A stretch of DNA of 64,000 nucleotides from Ectothiorhodospiraceae bacterium (GTDB lineage Bacteria; Pseudomonadota; Gammaproteobacteria; GCA-002705445; GCA-002716945). Of the stretch, positions 12,252 through 23,535 are shown one piece after another; the stretch's first letter is position 1; every line of letters starts with the position of its first letter. The notes under the pieces were generated by a model. It was not told where the DNA came from. It did no database searches and was given only the letters and a program-made list of their open reading frames with translations. Where the stretch lies: assembly GCA_019651095.1 (NCBI GenBank), contig BOXR01000005.1:4992-68991 (forward strand), given 5' to 3'. Position numbers and translations under genes: made by a program.

Positions 12252-12840
12252 AGATATCCCAATTTTTCCTCTTAAAAGCATTATACTTCCTGGTGGTCAA
12301 TTCCCGCTGAGAATATTTGAAAGAAGATATTTAGATATGACGAGAGACTGCCTGAAAAACAATAATGGTTTTATAATAGCTTTAACAAAAAGAGATTCTG
12401 ATTACATCTCCTCTGTGTATGACTATGCTAGCTATGTAGAAATTGTTGATTGGTCTCAGCTTGATGGTGGTTTACTGGGCATCACAGTTGAAGGTAAACA
12501 AATAGTCAAACTAAGTAATTGTAATCTTGATGAATGTAATTTACTGAAAGGTGACGCCGAAGAGGTAGAGTATGGAGTTGATTATTTAGTTCCTCAGAAA
12601 TATCAAATTTTGTCAAAGTTTTATAAAAAAATTTATCCGGAAATTAAAGCCTACATCTTTCACATTAAACCTAAGTACAATGATGCAAACTGGCTTGGAT
12701 TTAGACTGATCGAGTGTCTGCCGATTGAATTAAATGACAAGGCTGATCTAATTTCAATGCAGGAGCCCTTAGATAGACTTGAGAGAATTCTTCATATAGT
12801 AAAAAGAATTTATCCTGACGAGTTAAATATTTTAAACTAG
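12232..12840 (+). CDS. Lon N-terminal (LON substrate-binding/PUA-like) domain protein.
   Basis: '[25 protein letters not shown]' matches the Lon-N domain signature. About 200 aa stand-alone. Confidence 0.7.
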   Translation: MKMKAYKDIPIFPLKSIILPGGQFPLRIFERRYLDMTRDCLKNNNGFIIALTKRDSDYISSVYDYASYVEIVDWSQLDGGLLGITVEGKQIVKLSNCNLDECNLLKGDAEEVEYGVDYLVPQKYQILSKFYKKIYPEIKAYIFHIKPKYNDANWLGFRLIECLPIELNDKADLISMQEPLDRLERILHIVKRIYPDELNILN

Positions 12841-14525
12841 TTTGTTGTCGCACCAGTATCAGCTTGACTTACTAATCTTGCATATTTAGTAAGAGCTCCA
12901 TTTTCCGTTTTTGAACTTGGTTTATGGAATTCTCTCATTCTTTTTTCAATCTCTTTCTTTGATATGAGGATATTAATTTCTCTCTTCTTAGCACATATTT
13001 CAATTGGATCATTATTTTTGACGACTTGTAAAGGTCCCCCTATCGCAGCTTCTGGTGAGATGTGTCCGACTACAAATCCATGACTTCCTCCGGAAAATCT
13101 CCCATCAGTGATAAGAGCGACATCATTACCAAGGCCTTGTCCCATAATTGCTGATGTTGGTGAAAGCATTTCCCTCATTCCTGGCCCTCCAACGGGGCCC
13201 TCATTTTTAATCACAATAACAGATCCTTTTGTTATCTTACCCGCTAAGATAGCTTTCAGACACTTTTCTTCAGAATCAAAGACTTTAGCTTTACCTTTAA
13301 AATGTGTACCCTCTTTACCCGAAATTTTTGCAATTGCGCCATCAGGGGCAATGTTGCCTCTCAAAACAATTAAGTGTCCATCCTTTTTTATAGGATCGTT
13401 GATTGGCTTGATAATTTTCTGATTCAAAGGGTATGGTTTAATCTTATTTAAATTATTCTTGATAGTTTTTCCAGTAACAGTCAGACAATCGCCATGCATA
13501 AGTCCTTTACTTATAAGTACTTTCATCAATGGTGCTACGCCACCTATTTTAACTAGCTCAGCCATTGAATATTTTCCGCTGGGTTTCAAATCAGCGAGAA
13601 CTGGTGTTTTTTTTCCTATTCTTTCAAAATCTTTTAATGATAGTTTTAATTTTGCTTCATTGGCAATAGCCAATAGGTGTAAGACTGCATTAGTTGATCC
13701 ACCAAGTGCCATGACAACAGTAATTGCATTCTCAAGAGATTTTTTTGTGACAATATCTCTTGGCTTAAGATCCTTTTTAACACACTTCATTAGGGCCTTA
13801 CTCGCCTCTTTTGTATCATCAAGTTTTGATTTTGAAATTGCTGTTTGAGCAGAACTATTTGTTAACGACAAACCCATAGCTTCTATTGCACATGCCATTG
13901 TGTTTGCAGTATACATACCACCACAAGAGCCGGGGCCAGGAATTGCTTTTTTTTCAATATTGTAAAGCTCATTATCATCGATAATTCCATTAGCATTTTT
14001 TCCAACAGCTTCAAAAACAGAAACGATATCTATATTTTTATTTTTGTAGCTACCTGGAAGAATTGTTCCGCCATATACAAAAACAGACGGCCTATTTAGT
14101 CTTAACATAGCCATGACACAAGCTGGCATGTTCTTATCACATCCACCAAAACTTATAAATCCATCTAAGCCTTCTCCAGCTACTACTGCCTCTATTGAGT
14201 CTGCAATAATTTCTCTAGAGACTAGTGAGTATCTCATGCCATCTGAACCCATTGAAATACCATCAGATATAGTAATAGTATTAAAGTTGACAGCTTTACC
14301 ACCATTTGAATCCACAGTTTTAGTAGCAACTTTTGCGAGATCATTTATATGCATATTGCAAGGAGTCACCATGCTCCATGTCGAGGCAATTCCTATTTGA
14401 GGTTTTTGAAAGTCCTTATCTTTGAATCCAACTGCCCTTAACATAGATCGACTTGGTGCTCGATCTCTTCCGTCCACTAATTTCGATGAATATTTTCTCA
14501 TTTTATTATTGTACCAGTTTGCCAA
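12837..14525 (-). CDS. ilvD: Dihydroxy-acid dehydratase.
   Basis: ILVD/EDD family motifs ('CDKNMPA', 'SGGSHGF'), 562 aa. Likely start at MRKYSS (~14501). Confidence 0.9.
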   Translation of the reverse strand: MANWYNNKMRKYSSKLVDGRDRAPSRSMLRAVGFKDKDFQKPQIGIASTWSMVTPCNMHINDLAKVATKTVDSNGGKAVNFNTITISDGISMGSDGMRYSLVSREIIADSIEAVVAGEGLDGFISFGGCDKNMPACVMAMLRLNRPSVFVYGGTILPGSYKNKNIDIVSVFEAVGKNANGIIDDNELYNIEKKAIPGPGSCGGMYTANTMACAIEAMGLSLTNSSAQTAISKSKLDDTKEASKALMKCVKKDLKPRDIVTKKSLENAITVVMALGGSTNAVLHLLAIANEAKLKLSLKDFERIGKKTPVLADLKPSGKYSMAELVKIGGVAPLMKVLISKGLMHGDCLTVTGKTIKNNLNKIKPYPLNQKIIKPINDPIKKDGHLIVLRGNIAPDGAIAKISGKEGTHFKGKAKVFDSEEKCLKAILAGKITKGSVIVIKNEGPVGGPGMREMLSPTSAIMGQGLGNDVALITDGRFSGGSHGFVVGHISPEAAIGGPLQVVKNNDPIEICAKKREINILISKKEIEKRMREFHKPSSKTENGALTKYARLVSQADTGATTN

Positions 14526-15558
14526 ATATTTGATATCTCCAGCCTTTCATAAACCTAGCCTTTTGATTTGATATAATAAACATTTCCATATCTCTTTTAT
14601 TGGCAATAATAGTTGGGTCTATCTTGAACTCATCTGAAACATAACTAAGTACCTCATTACACTTTTGCTCTATATCTTTCTTAGGATATAAGTTTTTATT
14701 TTTTATTTTTCTTTTCGAGCTCAATATTTTTTGAAGTATATCCTTTTCTGAACTTGTTAAGGTCTGTTTAATGTTTTCAATGATCTCTTGTGCTTTGTGC
14801 TCATTTGTTATCATGACTTTTATAAGTAAAGAGTCGCTCAGAATCCATCTTTTAGGAATATCATACTTAATTGATAATTTTTCTCTCCAAGATGCAAGTT
14901 TCTTCAACAAAGCAAGATCACTAGAATCAAAATATAGTGGATAATTTATTTTTTCCCATGCGTTGTCTGGTTCAATAATTATATTAGATTTTTCTAGCTC
15001 ATTATTTTGTTCTTCCTGGAACCAAGAATACCTGTTAATTATTTTTAAATTCTTTTCTAATTGATTTTTTATTTTAATCAAATATCTTACATCGTTTGCA
15101 GCATATTCTTTCTTTTCTTCACTAAGTGGTCGTTTTAACCAATCAGTTCTCCATGAGCCTTCCTTAATGTCAACATCACAAATATTTTTTACCAAAGCTG
15201 AATATCCAATATTTGATTTCTCAGATAAAAAATTATATGCAATTTGTGTATCAAAAACGTTTTTAGGAAATGATCCTAAATGTGAATACAGCGCTTCAAG
15301 GTCTTGTTTAGCAGAATGGATGATTTTTATTATTTTTGGATCAGAGGTTATTTTTGAAATGCCACTAATATCTTTTATTTTTTGTGGATCGATTAGATAA
15401 ATCTCCTCATTTGCTAGAGAAATTTGAATTAATGCAAGTATTGGTCTATAAGTAGACTCTCTTATGAATTCAGTATCTAAACCAATTTCTTTACAATCTT
15501 CGATTTTTGATAGAAGATTATGCAGTTTTTTGTCAGAATCAATTAAGATATTTGTCAT
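14506..15558 (-). CDS. rnd: Ribonuclease D.
   Basis: 3'-5' exonuclease domain ('GLDTEF', 'YAANDVRYL') plus HRDC-like C-terminus. 350 aa. Confidence 0.8.
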   Translation of the reverse strand: MTNILIDSDKKLHNLLSKIEDCKEIGLDTEFIRESTYRPILALIQISLANEEIYLIDPQKIKDISGISKITSDPKIIKIIHSAKQDLEALYSHLGSFPKNVFDTQIAYNFLSEKSNIGYSALVKNICDVDIKEGSWRTDWLKRPLSEEKKEYAANDVRYLIKIKNQLEKNLKIINRYSWFQEEQNNELEKSNIIIEPDNAWEKINYPLYFDSSDLALLKKLASWREKLSIKYDIPKRWILSDSLLIKVMITNEHKAQEIIENIKQTLTSSEKDILQKILSSKRKIKNKNLYPKKDIEQKCNEVLSYVSDEFKIDPTIIANKRDMEMFIISNQKARFMKGWRYQIFGKLVQ

Positions 15559-15605
15559 AATTATAAAAAATTTGATAATAACACAACTTCTGTAATGATA
15601 CTGTA

Positions 15606-16133
15606 ATGAAAAATAAATTTGTCCTTAAAAAATGTGAATTTATACAGTCTCCAAATTATGATGATAGGCCGAAAAATACTGTGGTTGATACAATAATCAT
15701 TCATTGCATAAGTCTGCCTGAGGGAAAGTATGATAACGATAATGTGAATTTATTATTCTTGAATAACTTGAACCGAACAGCTGATCCATCATTTGAATCA
15801 CTTGAAAGCCTCAAGGTTTCATCTCATATACTAATAAAAAGAACAGGTGAAATAATTCAATATGTTCCGTTTGATAAGCGTGCATGGCATGCGGGTAAGT
15901 CAGAATATGCTGAGAGAGAAAATTTTAATGATTTCTCAATAGGCATAGAGCTTCATGGTTCAGTGTCAGATGAATTTACTGATAATCAGTATTCCTCGTT
16001 AAAAAATTTAATTGGTGAGCTCAAACAAATATTTCCATCGATTAAAGATAGTAATATACTTGGACATAGCGAAATAGCACCCAAAAGGAAAAGTGATCCT
16101 GGGCCAAATTTTAAATGGGAAAAAATAAGATAA
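15606..16133 (+). CDS. ampD: 1,6-anhydro-N-acetylmuramyl-L-alanine amidase AmpD.
   Basis: Amidase_2 motifs ('AWHAG', 'IGIELHG', 'GHSEIAPKRKSDPG'). Followed by ampE. Confidence 0.85.
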   Translation: MKNKFVLKKCEFIQSPNYDDRPKNTVVDTIIIHCISLPEGKYDNDNVNLLFLNNLNRTADPSFESLESLKVSSHILIKRTGEIIQYVPFDKRAWHAGKSEYAERENFNDFSIGIELHGSVSDEFTDNQYSSLKNLIGELKQIFPSIKDSNILGHSEIAPKRKSDPGPNFKWEKIR

Positions 16134-16134
16134 G

Positions 16135-16989
16135 ATGTCTACAATTGCTATAATTATAATTGCACTCATAATAGAATATTTTTTCGATGATTTGAAAGAG
16201 TATAGGAAAGATAGTTTGCTACTAAGAGGGTTTAACTATTTTGAAAATAAAATAGATAAAGAAAAATACTCTAAGAATTCTATTTGTATCACATACACAT
16301 TGATTATATTAATTTTGTCAATGGCTCTAGTATCGATAGCTGATTACTTGTCTCATATAATTTACTTTGCTGTAAGTCTTGTAATCATGCTTTTTTGCTT
16401 GAGAACAAATCAATTTAATAGAGATATAGAAGAGCTTAAGATCAAATTAGAATTTAATAAAGAAAATATCGACAAAAGCGATTTATTTTCATTGTGTCCT
16501 AATCTTAAACAAACGCGTGCAAAATCTAACTTGAGTGTCCTTGTGATTAAAAATCTATTTTTTAACTCAATAAGGAATACTTTTGCTATTATCTTTCTAT
16601 TCTTACTTTTAGGTGCGCCTGCGGCTTTAACATATAAGTTATTAGATTTGATGATTTATTCTGAGACCTTCAAAGTCAATGCACAGACAAAGAATAATTT
16701 GAAAAAATACATTTACTTCATTGACTACATTCCAGTTAGACTGACTTCATACTGTTTATCTATTGTAAGTAATTATGATCGAGTTATAGATAGGATTAAT
16801 AGCCTTGAGCTGTCGAATAATCCTTACCTTAGTAACATAGAATATGTCAATCAAACTGGTGAATCAGTTTTTGATGCATCAAAAAGTGAATCAGATCAAA
16901 TAATACAAATTCAAAATATATTAGCAAGAACACTAATAGCTTGGTTAAGCGTGATCTTTCTTCTTGGAATCACTGGTGTTTTTATCTGA
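16135..16989 (+). CDS. ampE: AmpE inner-membrane protein (CobD/CbiB-related).
   Basis: 284-aa polytopic membrane protein immediately downstream of ampD, the canonical ampDE pair. Same length as E. coli AmpE. Confidence 0.65.
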   Translation: MSTIAIIIIALIIEYFFDDLKEYRKDSLLLRGFNYFENKIDKEKYSKNSICITYTLIILILSMALVSIADYLSHIIYFAVSLVIMLFCLRTNQFNRDIEELKIKLEFNKENIDKSDLFSLCPNLKQTRAKSNLSVLVIKNLFFNSIRNTFAIIFLFLLLGAPAALTYKLLDLMIYSETFKVNAQTKNNLKKYIYFIDYIPVRLTSYCLSIVSNYDRVIDRINSLELSNNPYLSNIEYVNQTGESVFDASKSESDQIIQIQNILARTLIAWLSVIFLLGITGVFI

Positions 16990-17667
16990 AAATGAATAAT
17001 ATTTAAGACCTATTTGCACATCAGGTCTGTTATTTTTACTTCTCCAAATATTTGTATCCCTTAAAGAATAGACACAGCCGCAATATTCCTGCATATAAAA
17101 ATTCTCTGATTTTGATACAAGTAACATGTTTTCGGAGCCATTATTTTTTCTCCAATTATATGTCCAGTATTCAATGTTCTTGAATTGCATGGCTGCTTTA
17201 ATGCCAGATTCATTAATCTGATCCATATCCTTCCATCTTGAGATTCCCAAAGTACTTGAAATGATTGAGAAGCCATGTAGCTCAGCATATTGTGCTGTTT
17301 TAAGAAATCTCATATCAAAACATGTGGAGCATCTCTTGCCCCTCTCAGGTTCCCACTCCTGGCCCTTTGTTTGGTCAAACCAATTCCTCGTATCATAGTC
17401 ATCATCAATAAATGGTATTTTGTGTTTTCTCGCAAACTCTAAATTCTCATTTTTCCTCAAAAGATACTCTTCTCTTGGGTGAATATTTGGATTATAAAAA
17501 TATATTGTGTAATCTATGTTAGATTCTTTTAGGCGCAGCATAATGTCTCCTGAGCATGGAGCACAGCAGCTATGTAAAAGTAGTCTTTTATGGCCTTTGG
17601 GTAATTCTAGTTTGTTCATATTAAATATTAAAAAATCTACAGCTGTTATTATATATCTCTTCAGCAA
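16945..17667 (-). CDS. queH: Epoxyqueuosine reductase QueH (DUF208).
   Basis: 'HSCCAPCS' and 'CGCVYS' cysteine motifs. Probable start MNKLELP at ~17619. Confidence 0.75.
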   Translation of the reverse strand: MLKRYIITAVDFLIFNMNKLELPKGHKRLLLHSCCAPCSGDIMLRLKESNIDYTIYFYNPNIHPREEYLLRKNENLEFARKHKIPFIDDDYDTRNWFDQTKGQEWEPERGKRCSTCFDMRFLKTAQYAELHGFSIISSTLGISRWKDMDQINESGIKAAMQFKNIEYWTYNWRKNNGSENMLLVSKSENFYMQEYCGCVYSLRDTNIWRSKNNRPDVQIGLKYYSFSDKNTSDSKKKDHA

Positions 17668-18418
17668 GAATATTTTTATCTTTTTGCAAAATACTTGCTA
17701 CTGCATCTAGTACATAGATTAAGTTACTCGGTTCATTATACCTCTTATTTTCAATAGGGTAATTAAATGGCATTAAATATGGAGAATCTGTCTCTATCAT
17801 AAGCTTATCAGATGGCACGTAACTTATTAAATCATGGAGATGATACCCTCTATTTGGATCCGTTATCCAGCCAGTGATTCCAATGTAACATCCTAGATCC
17901 AAATAACTTGATAGACTCTTTTTATCACCAGTAAAACAGTGGACAACAATATCCTCTACTAGATGACTATATTCTTTTAAGAGTATAATAAAATCATCAT
18001 GAGCATCCCTTTCATGAAGGAACATTGGTAAATCAATTGATGTTGCAAGTTCAAGATGTTTTGTAAAACAATTTATTTGATCATTTTTACTTGAATAATT
18101 TCTTTTATAATCAAGTCCACACTCTCCAATAGCTTTAACATAGTCGTGTTCGCATAATTCGAGCATTTTATCGATATGACTATCTTTAAAATCCTTTGCA
18201 TTATGTGGATGAAAACCAACTGTTGTATATAAAAGGTCTGGCTCTCGATCAATCAGTTCTTTTGCTTGATAAGTGTCGTCTATATGCGATGAAGTGATGA
18301 TTATTTTACGAATATTATTTTCTTTTGATTTAGTGATAACTTCATTAAAATTTTTTGAAAGCTGACTATCCAGAAGATTTGCGCCAATATCAAATAGAGG
18401 CGTAACAGAATTAGCCAT
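17621..18418 (-). CDS. TatD-family metal-dependent hydrolase/DNase.
   Basis: TatD motifs ('GFHPHNA', 'ECGLDY', 'HCF'). 265 aa. Confidence 0.8.
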   Translation of the reverse strand: MANSVTPLFDIGANLLDSQLSKNFNEVITKSKENNIRKIIITSSHIDDTYQAKELIDREPDLLYTTVGFHPHNAKDFKDSHIDKMLELCEHDYVKAIGECGLDYKRNYSSKNDQINCFTKHLELATSIDLPMFLHERDAHDDFIILLKEYSHLVEDIVVHCFTGDKKSLSSYLDLGCYIGITGWITDPNRGYHLHDLISYVPSDKLMIETDSPYLMPFNYPIENKRYNEPSNLIYVLDAVASILQKDKNILAEEIYNNSCRFFNI

Positions 18419-19301
18419 CTAGTTGTTTTAAAACTGATTCAACTGTTTCGCCAATCACTGAAGGATTCTTAGCTATTGTTATCCCTGCCGCTTTAAGAAT
18501 TTCTACTTTCTCAGCCGCAGATTCACCACCAGCACTTACAATGCCCTGCATGCCCATCCTTTTACCTTTGGGTGCTGTAAGACCTGCTATGTAAGCAATT
18601 ACAGGTTTCGATACATTCTTTTTAGCATATTCAGCTGCTTCTGCCTCTTGAGGGCCGCCTATTTCACCGATCATCAGTATAACTTTAGTCTCATCGTCAT
18701 CTTCAAATTTAGCTAAATGATCTCTAAACGCACTTCCGTTGATTGGGTCACCACCAATACCTACACTTGTAGATATACCAATTCCTAAATCTTTCATTTG
18801 TTGAGCTGCTTCATAACCAAGTGTACCTGAGCGTCCTATAACTCCAACATTTCCCTCTTTATATATATGACCTGGCATAATCCCTAGCATGCATTTCCCT
18901 GGACTTATTACACCTGCACAATTTGGTCCAACCATTGTCATTCTATCCTCAGCTTTATACCTTCTCATATATCTTTTTACTTTAATCATGTCATGAGCAG
19001 GGATTCCATCTGTTATTGCAACGAGAGTTTTAATTCCAGCGTCTGCAGCTTCCATTGCAGAATCAGCAGCAAATGCTGGCGGCACAAATAGAATACTTGC
19101 ATCGGCTCCAGTCTCTCTGACTGCATCCTTTACTGTGTTAAAAACTGGACGATCTAAATGTGTTTGACCTCCTTTGCCAGGTGTGACTCCGCCAACGACA
19201 TTTGTTCCGTACTCAATCATTTCCTCTGCATGAAAAGTACCGATCTTGCCGGTAAAACCTTGAATAATTATTTTAGATTCTTTAGTGATTAGTATTGCCA
19301 T
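18411..19301 (-). CDS. mtkB: Succinyl-CoA/malate-CoA ligase alpha subunit. Context favours malate thiokinase MtkB.
   Basis: CoA-binding and ligase-CoA domains ('GFTGKIG', 'GPNCAGVISP', phosphohistidine loop 'MGHAGAI'-like 'MQGIVSAGGES'). Adjacent to mtkA-like and mcl. Confidence 0.75.
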   Translation of the reverse strand: MAILITKESKIIIQGFTGKIGTFHAEEMIEYGTNVVGGVTPGKGGQTHLDRPVFNTVKDAVRETGADASILFVPPAFAADSAMEAADAGIKTLVAITDGIPAHDMIKVKRYMRRYKAEDRMTMVGPNCAGVISPGKCMLGIMPGHIYKEGNVGVIGRSGTLGYEAAQQMKDLGIGISTSVGIGGDPINGSAFRDHLAKFEDDDETKVILMIGEIGGPQEAEAAEYAKKNVSKPVIAYIAGLTAPKGKRMGMQGIVSAGGESAAEKVEILKAAGITIAKNPSVIGETVESVLKQLDG

Positions 19302-19307
19302 GGAAAT

Positions 19308-20477
19308 TTATGCTCCAAGCTCTTTTAGTGCTTTTACAGCTTTATTTGCTGCATCTTCCAGAGTGAAGGCTTCTGTATAGGTAATTTTACTGTCTTTAAG
19401 TATTTTTATACCTTCATCAACATTTGTGCCAGCCAACCTGATCACTAATGGTTGATTGATTGTTATTTGATTAAGTGCATCAACAATTCCTTGAGCTACC
19501 CAATCACATCTATTTATTCCAGCAAAGATATTTATTAAAATTACTTTTACTTTGGGGTCACCTGAAATCAGCTTAAAGGCTTTAACAAACTTTTCAGGAG
19601 TCGCTCCTCCGCCTACATCAAGGAAGTTTGCAGGTTGTCCACCAGCGAGCTGAATCATATCCATCGAAGCCATAGCTAGACCGGCCCGTTTATTATGTTG
19701 CCAATGTCGCCATCAAGTGGAATATAGTTAAGACCTCGATCTGCAGCATAAGTTTCTTTTGGATCTTCTTGAGATTTATCTCTAAGTTCAGCCAGTTCAG
19801 GATTTCTGTATAATGCATTGTCATCGAATGACATTTTGCAGTCTAGGGCGAGTACATGGTCATCCCCAGTTAAAACTAAAGGATTTATCTCAACCATAGT
19901 AGCGTCAGATGTACTGAAAGCTTTATACGCACCCAAGATAGCTTGAGCACATCTATTAATCGCTTTCGATTCCAAACCTAGTGCAAAAGCAATCTCCCTT
20001 GCCTGATAGCTTGCATTCCACTGCAGCTTCAATCCTTGTCTTAATAAGTGATTCAGGCTTTTCTTCTGCAATCTCTTCAACACTCATTCCTCCCTCAGAG
20101 GATGCAACAACCATGATGCTCTCTGTACTTCTGTCAAAAACCAATCCAAGATAAAATTCTTTTTTGATATCTGTGCCCTCTTCAACATAGATTCTTTGAA
20201 CTGTTTTACCTTCAGGACCTGTCTGATGGGTTACGAGCGTCTTTCCAAGTAGCTTATTAGCTGCATCAGATACTTCTTGTTCTGATTTACAAACAATTAT
20301 ACCGCCAGCTTTCCCTCTAGCTCCGGAGTGTATTTGTGCTTTGACTACCCATAGATCTCCTCCAAGTTCAGTCGCCCTATCTTTTGCATTCTCTGGGCTA
20401 TATGCAACTCCACCTTTAGGTATTGATACGCCAAATCTAGATAGTATTTCTTTTGCCTGATACTCGTGAATATTCAT
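19308..20477 (-). pseudogene. mtkA: Malate-CoA ligase / succinyl-CoA ligase beta subunit (ATP-grasp) split into 3 ORFs by 2 frameshifts.
   Basis: N-term '[28 protein letters not shown]', middle '[20 protein letters not shown]', C-term '[20 protein letters not shown]'. Strong collinearity with methylotroph MtkA as recalled from memory. Frame switches near 20045 and 19675. Confidence 0.75.
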
Positions 20478-21418
20478 TATTTTTTAGATTGTATAAGGTT
20501 GTCTATGTTGACAATATTTTCTGCCATTCGCTCAGATGCGGCATCGATCATTCTACCATCCAATTGAGCGGCTCCTTTCCCCTCTGCAGCAGCTTTTGCT
20601 AGTTCTTCAATAATTCTTTTTGCTTTATCAACTTCAGCTTGAGGTGGTGAGAATACATCATTTGCATGTTCGATTTGTGATGGATGAATTGCCCACTTAC
20701 CCTCTATTCCTATTGCAGCTCCACGTTTTGCAGCTTTAATATATCCATCGGGGTCTTTTATATCTCCAAATGGACCATCTATTGGTCTAAGACCGTAAGC
20801 TCGACATGTTGCTACTAACTTTGACAATCCATGATGCCATTGGTCACCTGGATAATCCGGATTCAAACCACCAATTACAACTGTTCTCGCTCTAAGGCTA
20901 GCTGCGTAATCGGCTACACCAAAGTGAAGCGCTTCTAGCCTGTCAGATGATTGAGCAATATCCTCAATATTTACCATGCCAAGTGCACTCTCAATTAGAC
21001 ACTCAAGGCCAACTTTATTCTTTAACTCTCTTTCTTGTTCGATTTGAGTGACCATACAATCAACCATATAGACATCATCTCTGACACCAACCTTCGGTAT
21101 TAGAAGTGTATCGATAAATTCACCCGCTTGAATCATCAACTCAACTACATCTCGATACATGTAATGCGTATCCAGGCCATTAATTCGAACAGAAATAGTT
21201 TTACCGTGACCTCGCCAATCTAAATCCTTGAGAGCGTTTATTACATTTTCCCTAGCAGTTACTTTATCGTTAGGAGATACGGCATCCTCTAAGTCTAGAA
21301 AAATATAATCCGCGTCTGAATTCAGAGCTTTTTCAAACATTTTTGGTGAGGAACCAGGTACGGCCAATTCGCTTCTTTGTAATCTTGTTTTTGCGCTTTT
21401 ATATGATGTGTGACTCAT
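20477..21418 (-). CDS. mcl: L-malyl-CoA/beta-methylmalyl-CoA lyase (HpcH/HpaI-CitE family).
   Basis: 313 aa. 'RSELAVPGS', 'FLDLEDAV', '[14 protein letters not shown]', '[13 protein letters not shown]' closely match Mcl1-type malyl-CoA lyase as recalled from memory. Confidence 0.75.
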   Translation of the reverse strand: MSHTSYKSAKTRLQRSELAVPGSSPKMFEKALNSDADYIFLDLEDAVSPNDKVTARENVINALKDLDWRGHGKTISVRINGLDTHYMYRDVVELMIQAGEFIDTLLIPKVGVRDDVYMVDCMVTQIEQERELKNKVGLECLIESALGMVNIEDIAQSSDRLEALHFGVADYAASLRARTVVIGGLNPDYPGDQWHHGLSKLVATCRAYGLRPIDGPFGDIKDPDGYIKAAKRGAAIGIEGKWAIHPSQIEHANDVFSPPQAEVDKAKRIIEELAKAAAEGKGAAQLDGRMIDAASERMAENIVNIDNLIQSKK

Positions 21419-21530
21419 AATCTATTATAATTTGACTTGATATACCCCTATATATTCGCTATAACTCGATAAGTTTTGAGGAAGTATATATGATAATTTT
21501 AAAATATGCAAAATACATGGATGTAAAGAG

Positions 21531-22443
21531 ATGACCAAATATGCTCTAGAAATTGAACAACTTAATAAAACTTATAGGAATGGTGTAAAGGCCCTAAAAG
21601 ACATAAATCTCAATGTCGAGGACGGAGATTTATTTGCATTTCTTGGTCCAAATGGGGCTGGTAAGTCTACAGTTATCGGAATTATTACAACACTTGTCAA
21701 CATCACATCAGGTACAGTAAAAGTATATGGAAAAGACATTCGTCAATTTCCTGAAGCAACAAAAAAAATGATTGGGGTTGTCCCACAAGAGTATAATCTT
21801 AATCAGTTTATTCCGATTCAAGAGACAATGATTAATATTGGTGGATATTTCGGTTTAACAAAAAAACAATCTATGAATAAAACTCAAGAGCTTTTTGAAG
21901 ACCTTGGTATATGGCATAAGAGAGAATGTACACCGAGAGAATTATCTGGCGGGATGAAAAGAAGACTACTTATAGCCAGAGCTTTAATACATAGTCCCAA
22001 ACTTCTAATTTTAGATGAGCCTACTGCAGGAGTTGATACGGAACTGAGACTTACAATGTGGGACTTTTTCAAAAAAATAAATAATGATGGTGTCACAATT
22101 ATATTAACAACTCATTATCTAGAAGAAGGCAGAGCGTTTATGTAAAAATTTATCAATCGTTCATAAAGGAGAAATTGTTCAGAACTCACCAATGAGAGAT
22201 ATAATCGCTTCAAAGAGAAAGCATACCTATATCATACGAACAGATTCAACTATTAATGATATAAATGCATTTGGTGACAATATTATAAGTATAGATAATA
22301 ATTCATATGAATTGACTGTAGATAATAAAGTTTCAATTTCGGAAATAATTAATTCATTCAATAACAACAAAATAAATGTAATTGAAATACTAAGTAAACG
22401 AAATAAACTAGAGGAACTATTTATGGAGCTTACTCAAGAATGA
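21531..22443 (+). pseudogene. ABC-2-type transporter ATP-binding protein. One frameshift near 22133 splits it into 204-aa and 83-aa pieces.
   Basis: Walker A 'GPNGAGKST', signature 'LSGGMKRR', Walker B 'ILDEPTAGVD'. The C-terminal domain continues as 'RLCKNLSIVHKGEIV' in another frame. Confidence 0.65.
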
Positions 22444-23213
22444 TAAAACAGCTATACATAACACAACTGACAACGATCTTCAGAAAAGAATTCTTTCGAT
22501 GGTCACGTATTTGGATACAGACTATCTTACCATCAGTAATTACAATTTTTTTATACATAACTATTTTTGGGAATTTCATTGGATCACGTTTGGGAGATAT
22601 CAGTGGGCTGCCTTATATACAATTCATACTGCCAGGTTTGATCATAATGCCTATCATTTCAAATTCATACATGAACGTCGTTGGTTCTTTTTATAGTGGT
22701 AGGTTTCAAAAAAGTGTTGAGGAATTATTTGTATCCCCACTTTCAAGTCACGTAATTTTGATCGGGTATGTATTGGGTGGTGTATCAAGAGCTTTTGTAG
22801 TGGGCTTCGCGGTATATCTAGTCTCACTAAGTTTCACAAATATACCAATACATAATGTATATCTTGCTATTTTTCTAACACTTCTTGTTAGTTTTTTATT
22901 TTCCATCCTTGGATTTATTAATGCTGTTTATGCAAAAAGTTTTGATGATATAAATATTATTCCAACGTTTGTTTTAACTCCGCTTACATATCTAGGTGGA
23001 ACCTTCTACTCAATATATAACCTTCCTGAAGCTTGGCAAACAGTATCATTGTTTAATCCTATAGCTTATATGGTAAGCGCATTTAGGTATGCATTTATTG
23101 GTATAGAAGAAATGAATACATTTAATGCGATAGTAATGATGTTCATATTAATCTTTTTCATGTATTCTCTAGCTATATACCTTTTAAATAGAGGTATTGG
23201 AGTAAAAAACTAA
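22440..23213 (+). CDS. ABC-2 family transporter permease.
   Basis: 257 aa with 6 TM helices. Translationally coupled to the upstream ATPase. Confidence 0.7.
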   Translation: MIKQLYITQLTTIFRKEFFRWSRIWIQTILPSVITIFLYITIFGNFIGSRLGDISGLPYIQFILPGLIIMPIISNSYMNVVGSFYSGRFQKSVEELFVSPLSSHVILIGYVLGGVSRAFVVGFAVYLVSLSFTNIPIHNVYLAIFLTLLVSFLFSILGFINAVYAKSFDDINIIPTFVLTPLTYLGGTFYSIYNLPEAWQTVSLFNPIAYMVSAFRYAFIGIEEMNTFNAIVMMFILIFFMYSLAIYLLNRGIGVKN

Positions 23214-23335
23214 CTCTCACGAGGTTGGGAAAGTCAGTGAATACATAATCTGACACTGCCCCCGCAACGGTGAACAACAGTCCGAATGCCAACGAGGTGA
23301 GACCTACTTTAGCGGTGGTGCTATGAAAGAAATCT
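23210..23335 (+). promoter_or_regulatory. Cobalamin (B12) riboswitch candidate in the leader of a btuB-like gene.
   Basis: GC-rich island in an AT-rich background: 'GGGAAAGTCAGTGAATACATAATCTGACACTGCCCCCGCAACGGTGAACAACAGTCCGAATGCC...GGTGGTGC' resembles the E. coli btuB leader core (GGGAAtCCAGTG..GAAtCTG..ACTGCC..GCAaCGGTaA). Sits ~200 nt upstream of a TonB-dependent receptor. Confidence 0.6.
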
Positions 23336-23535
23336 TGATCATATAGTCATATAAACTTTTACTTAAACGCTTTACTGTTTTTTAGCAGATGCATTGTCGT
23401 ATCTTATTTAAGTAATAATGACCTATTCAAATATGAAGTACGTTGTGCATTTAATTCATGCGCTTTGGGTAATGAATATATAGCTTTAGGATGACGCTGT
23501 TGCCCTAAATTTTTTAATCTAGATGAGGATATATT

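Noticed and set aside
13108-14400. Plus-strand ORFs of 95-129 aa inside ilvD
   Set aside because: They are antisense to intact dihydroxy-acid dehydratase. The Pro/Ser/Ile-rich translations have no motif.
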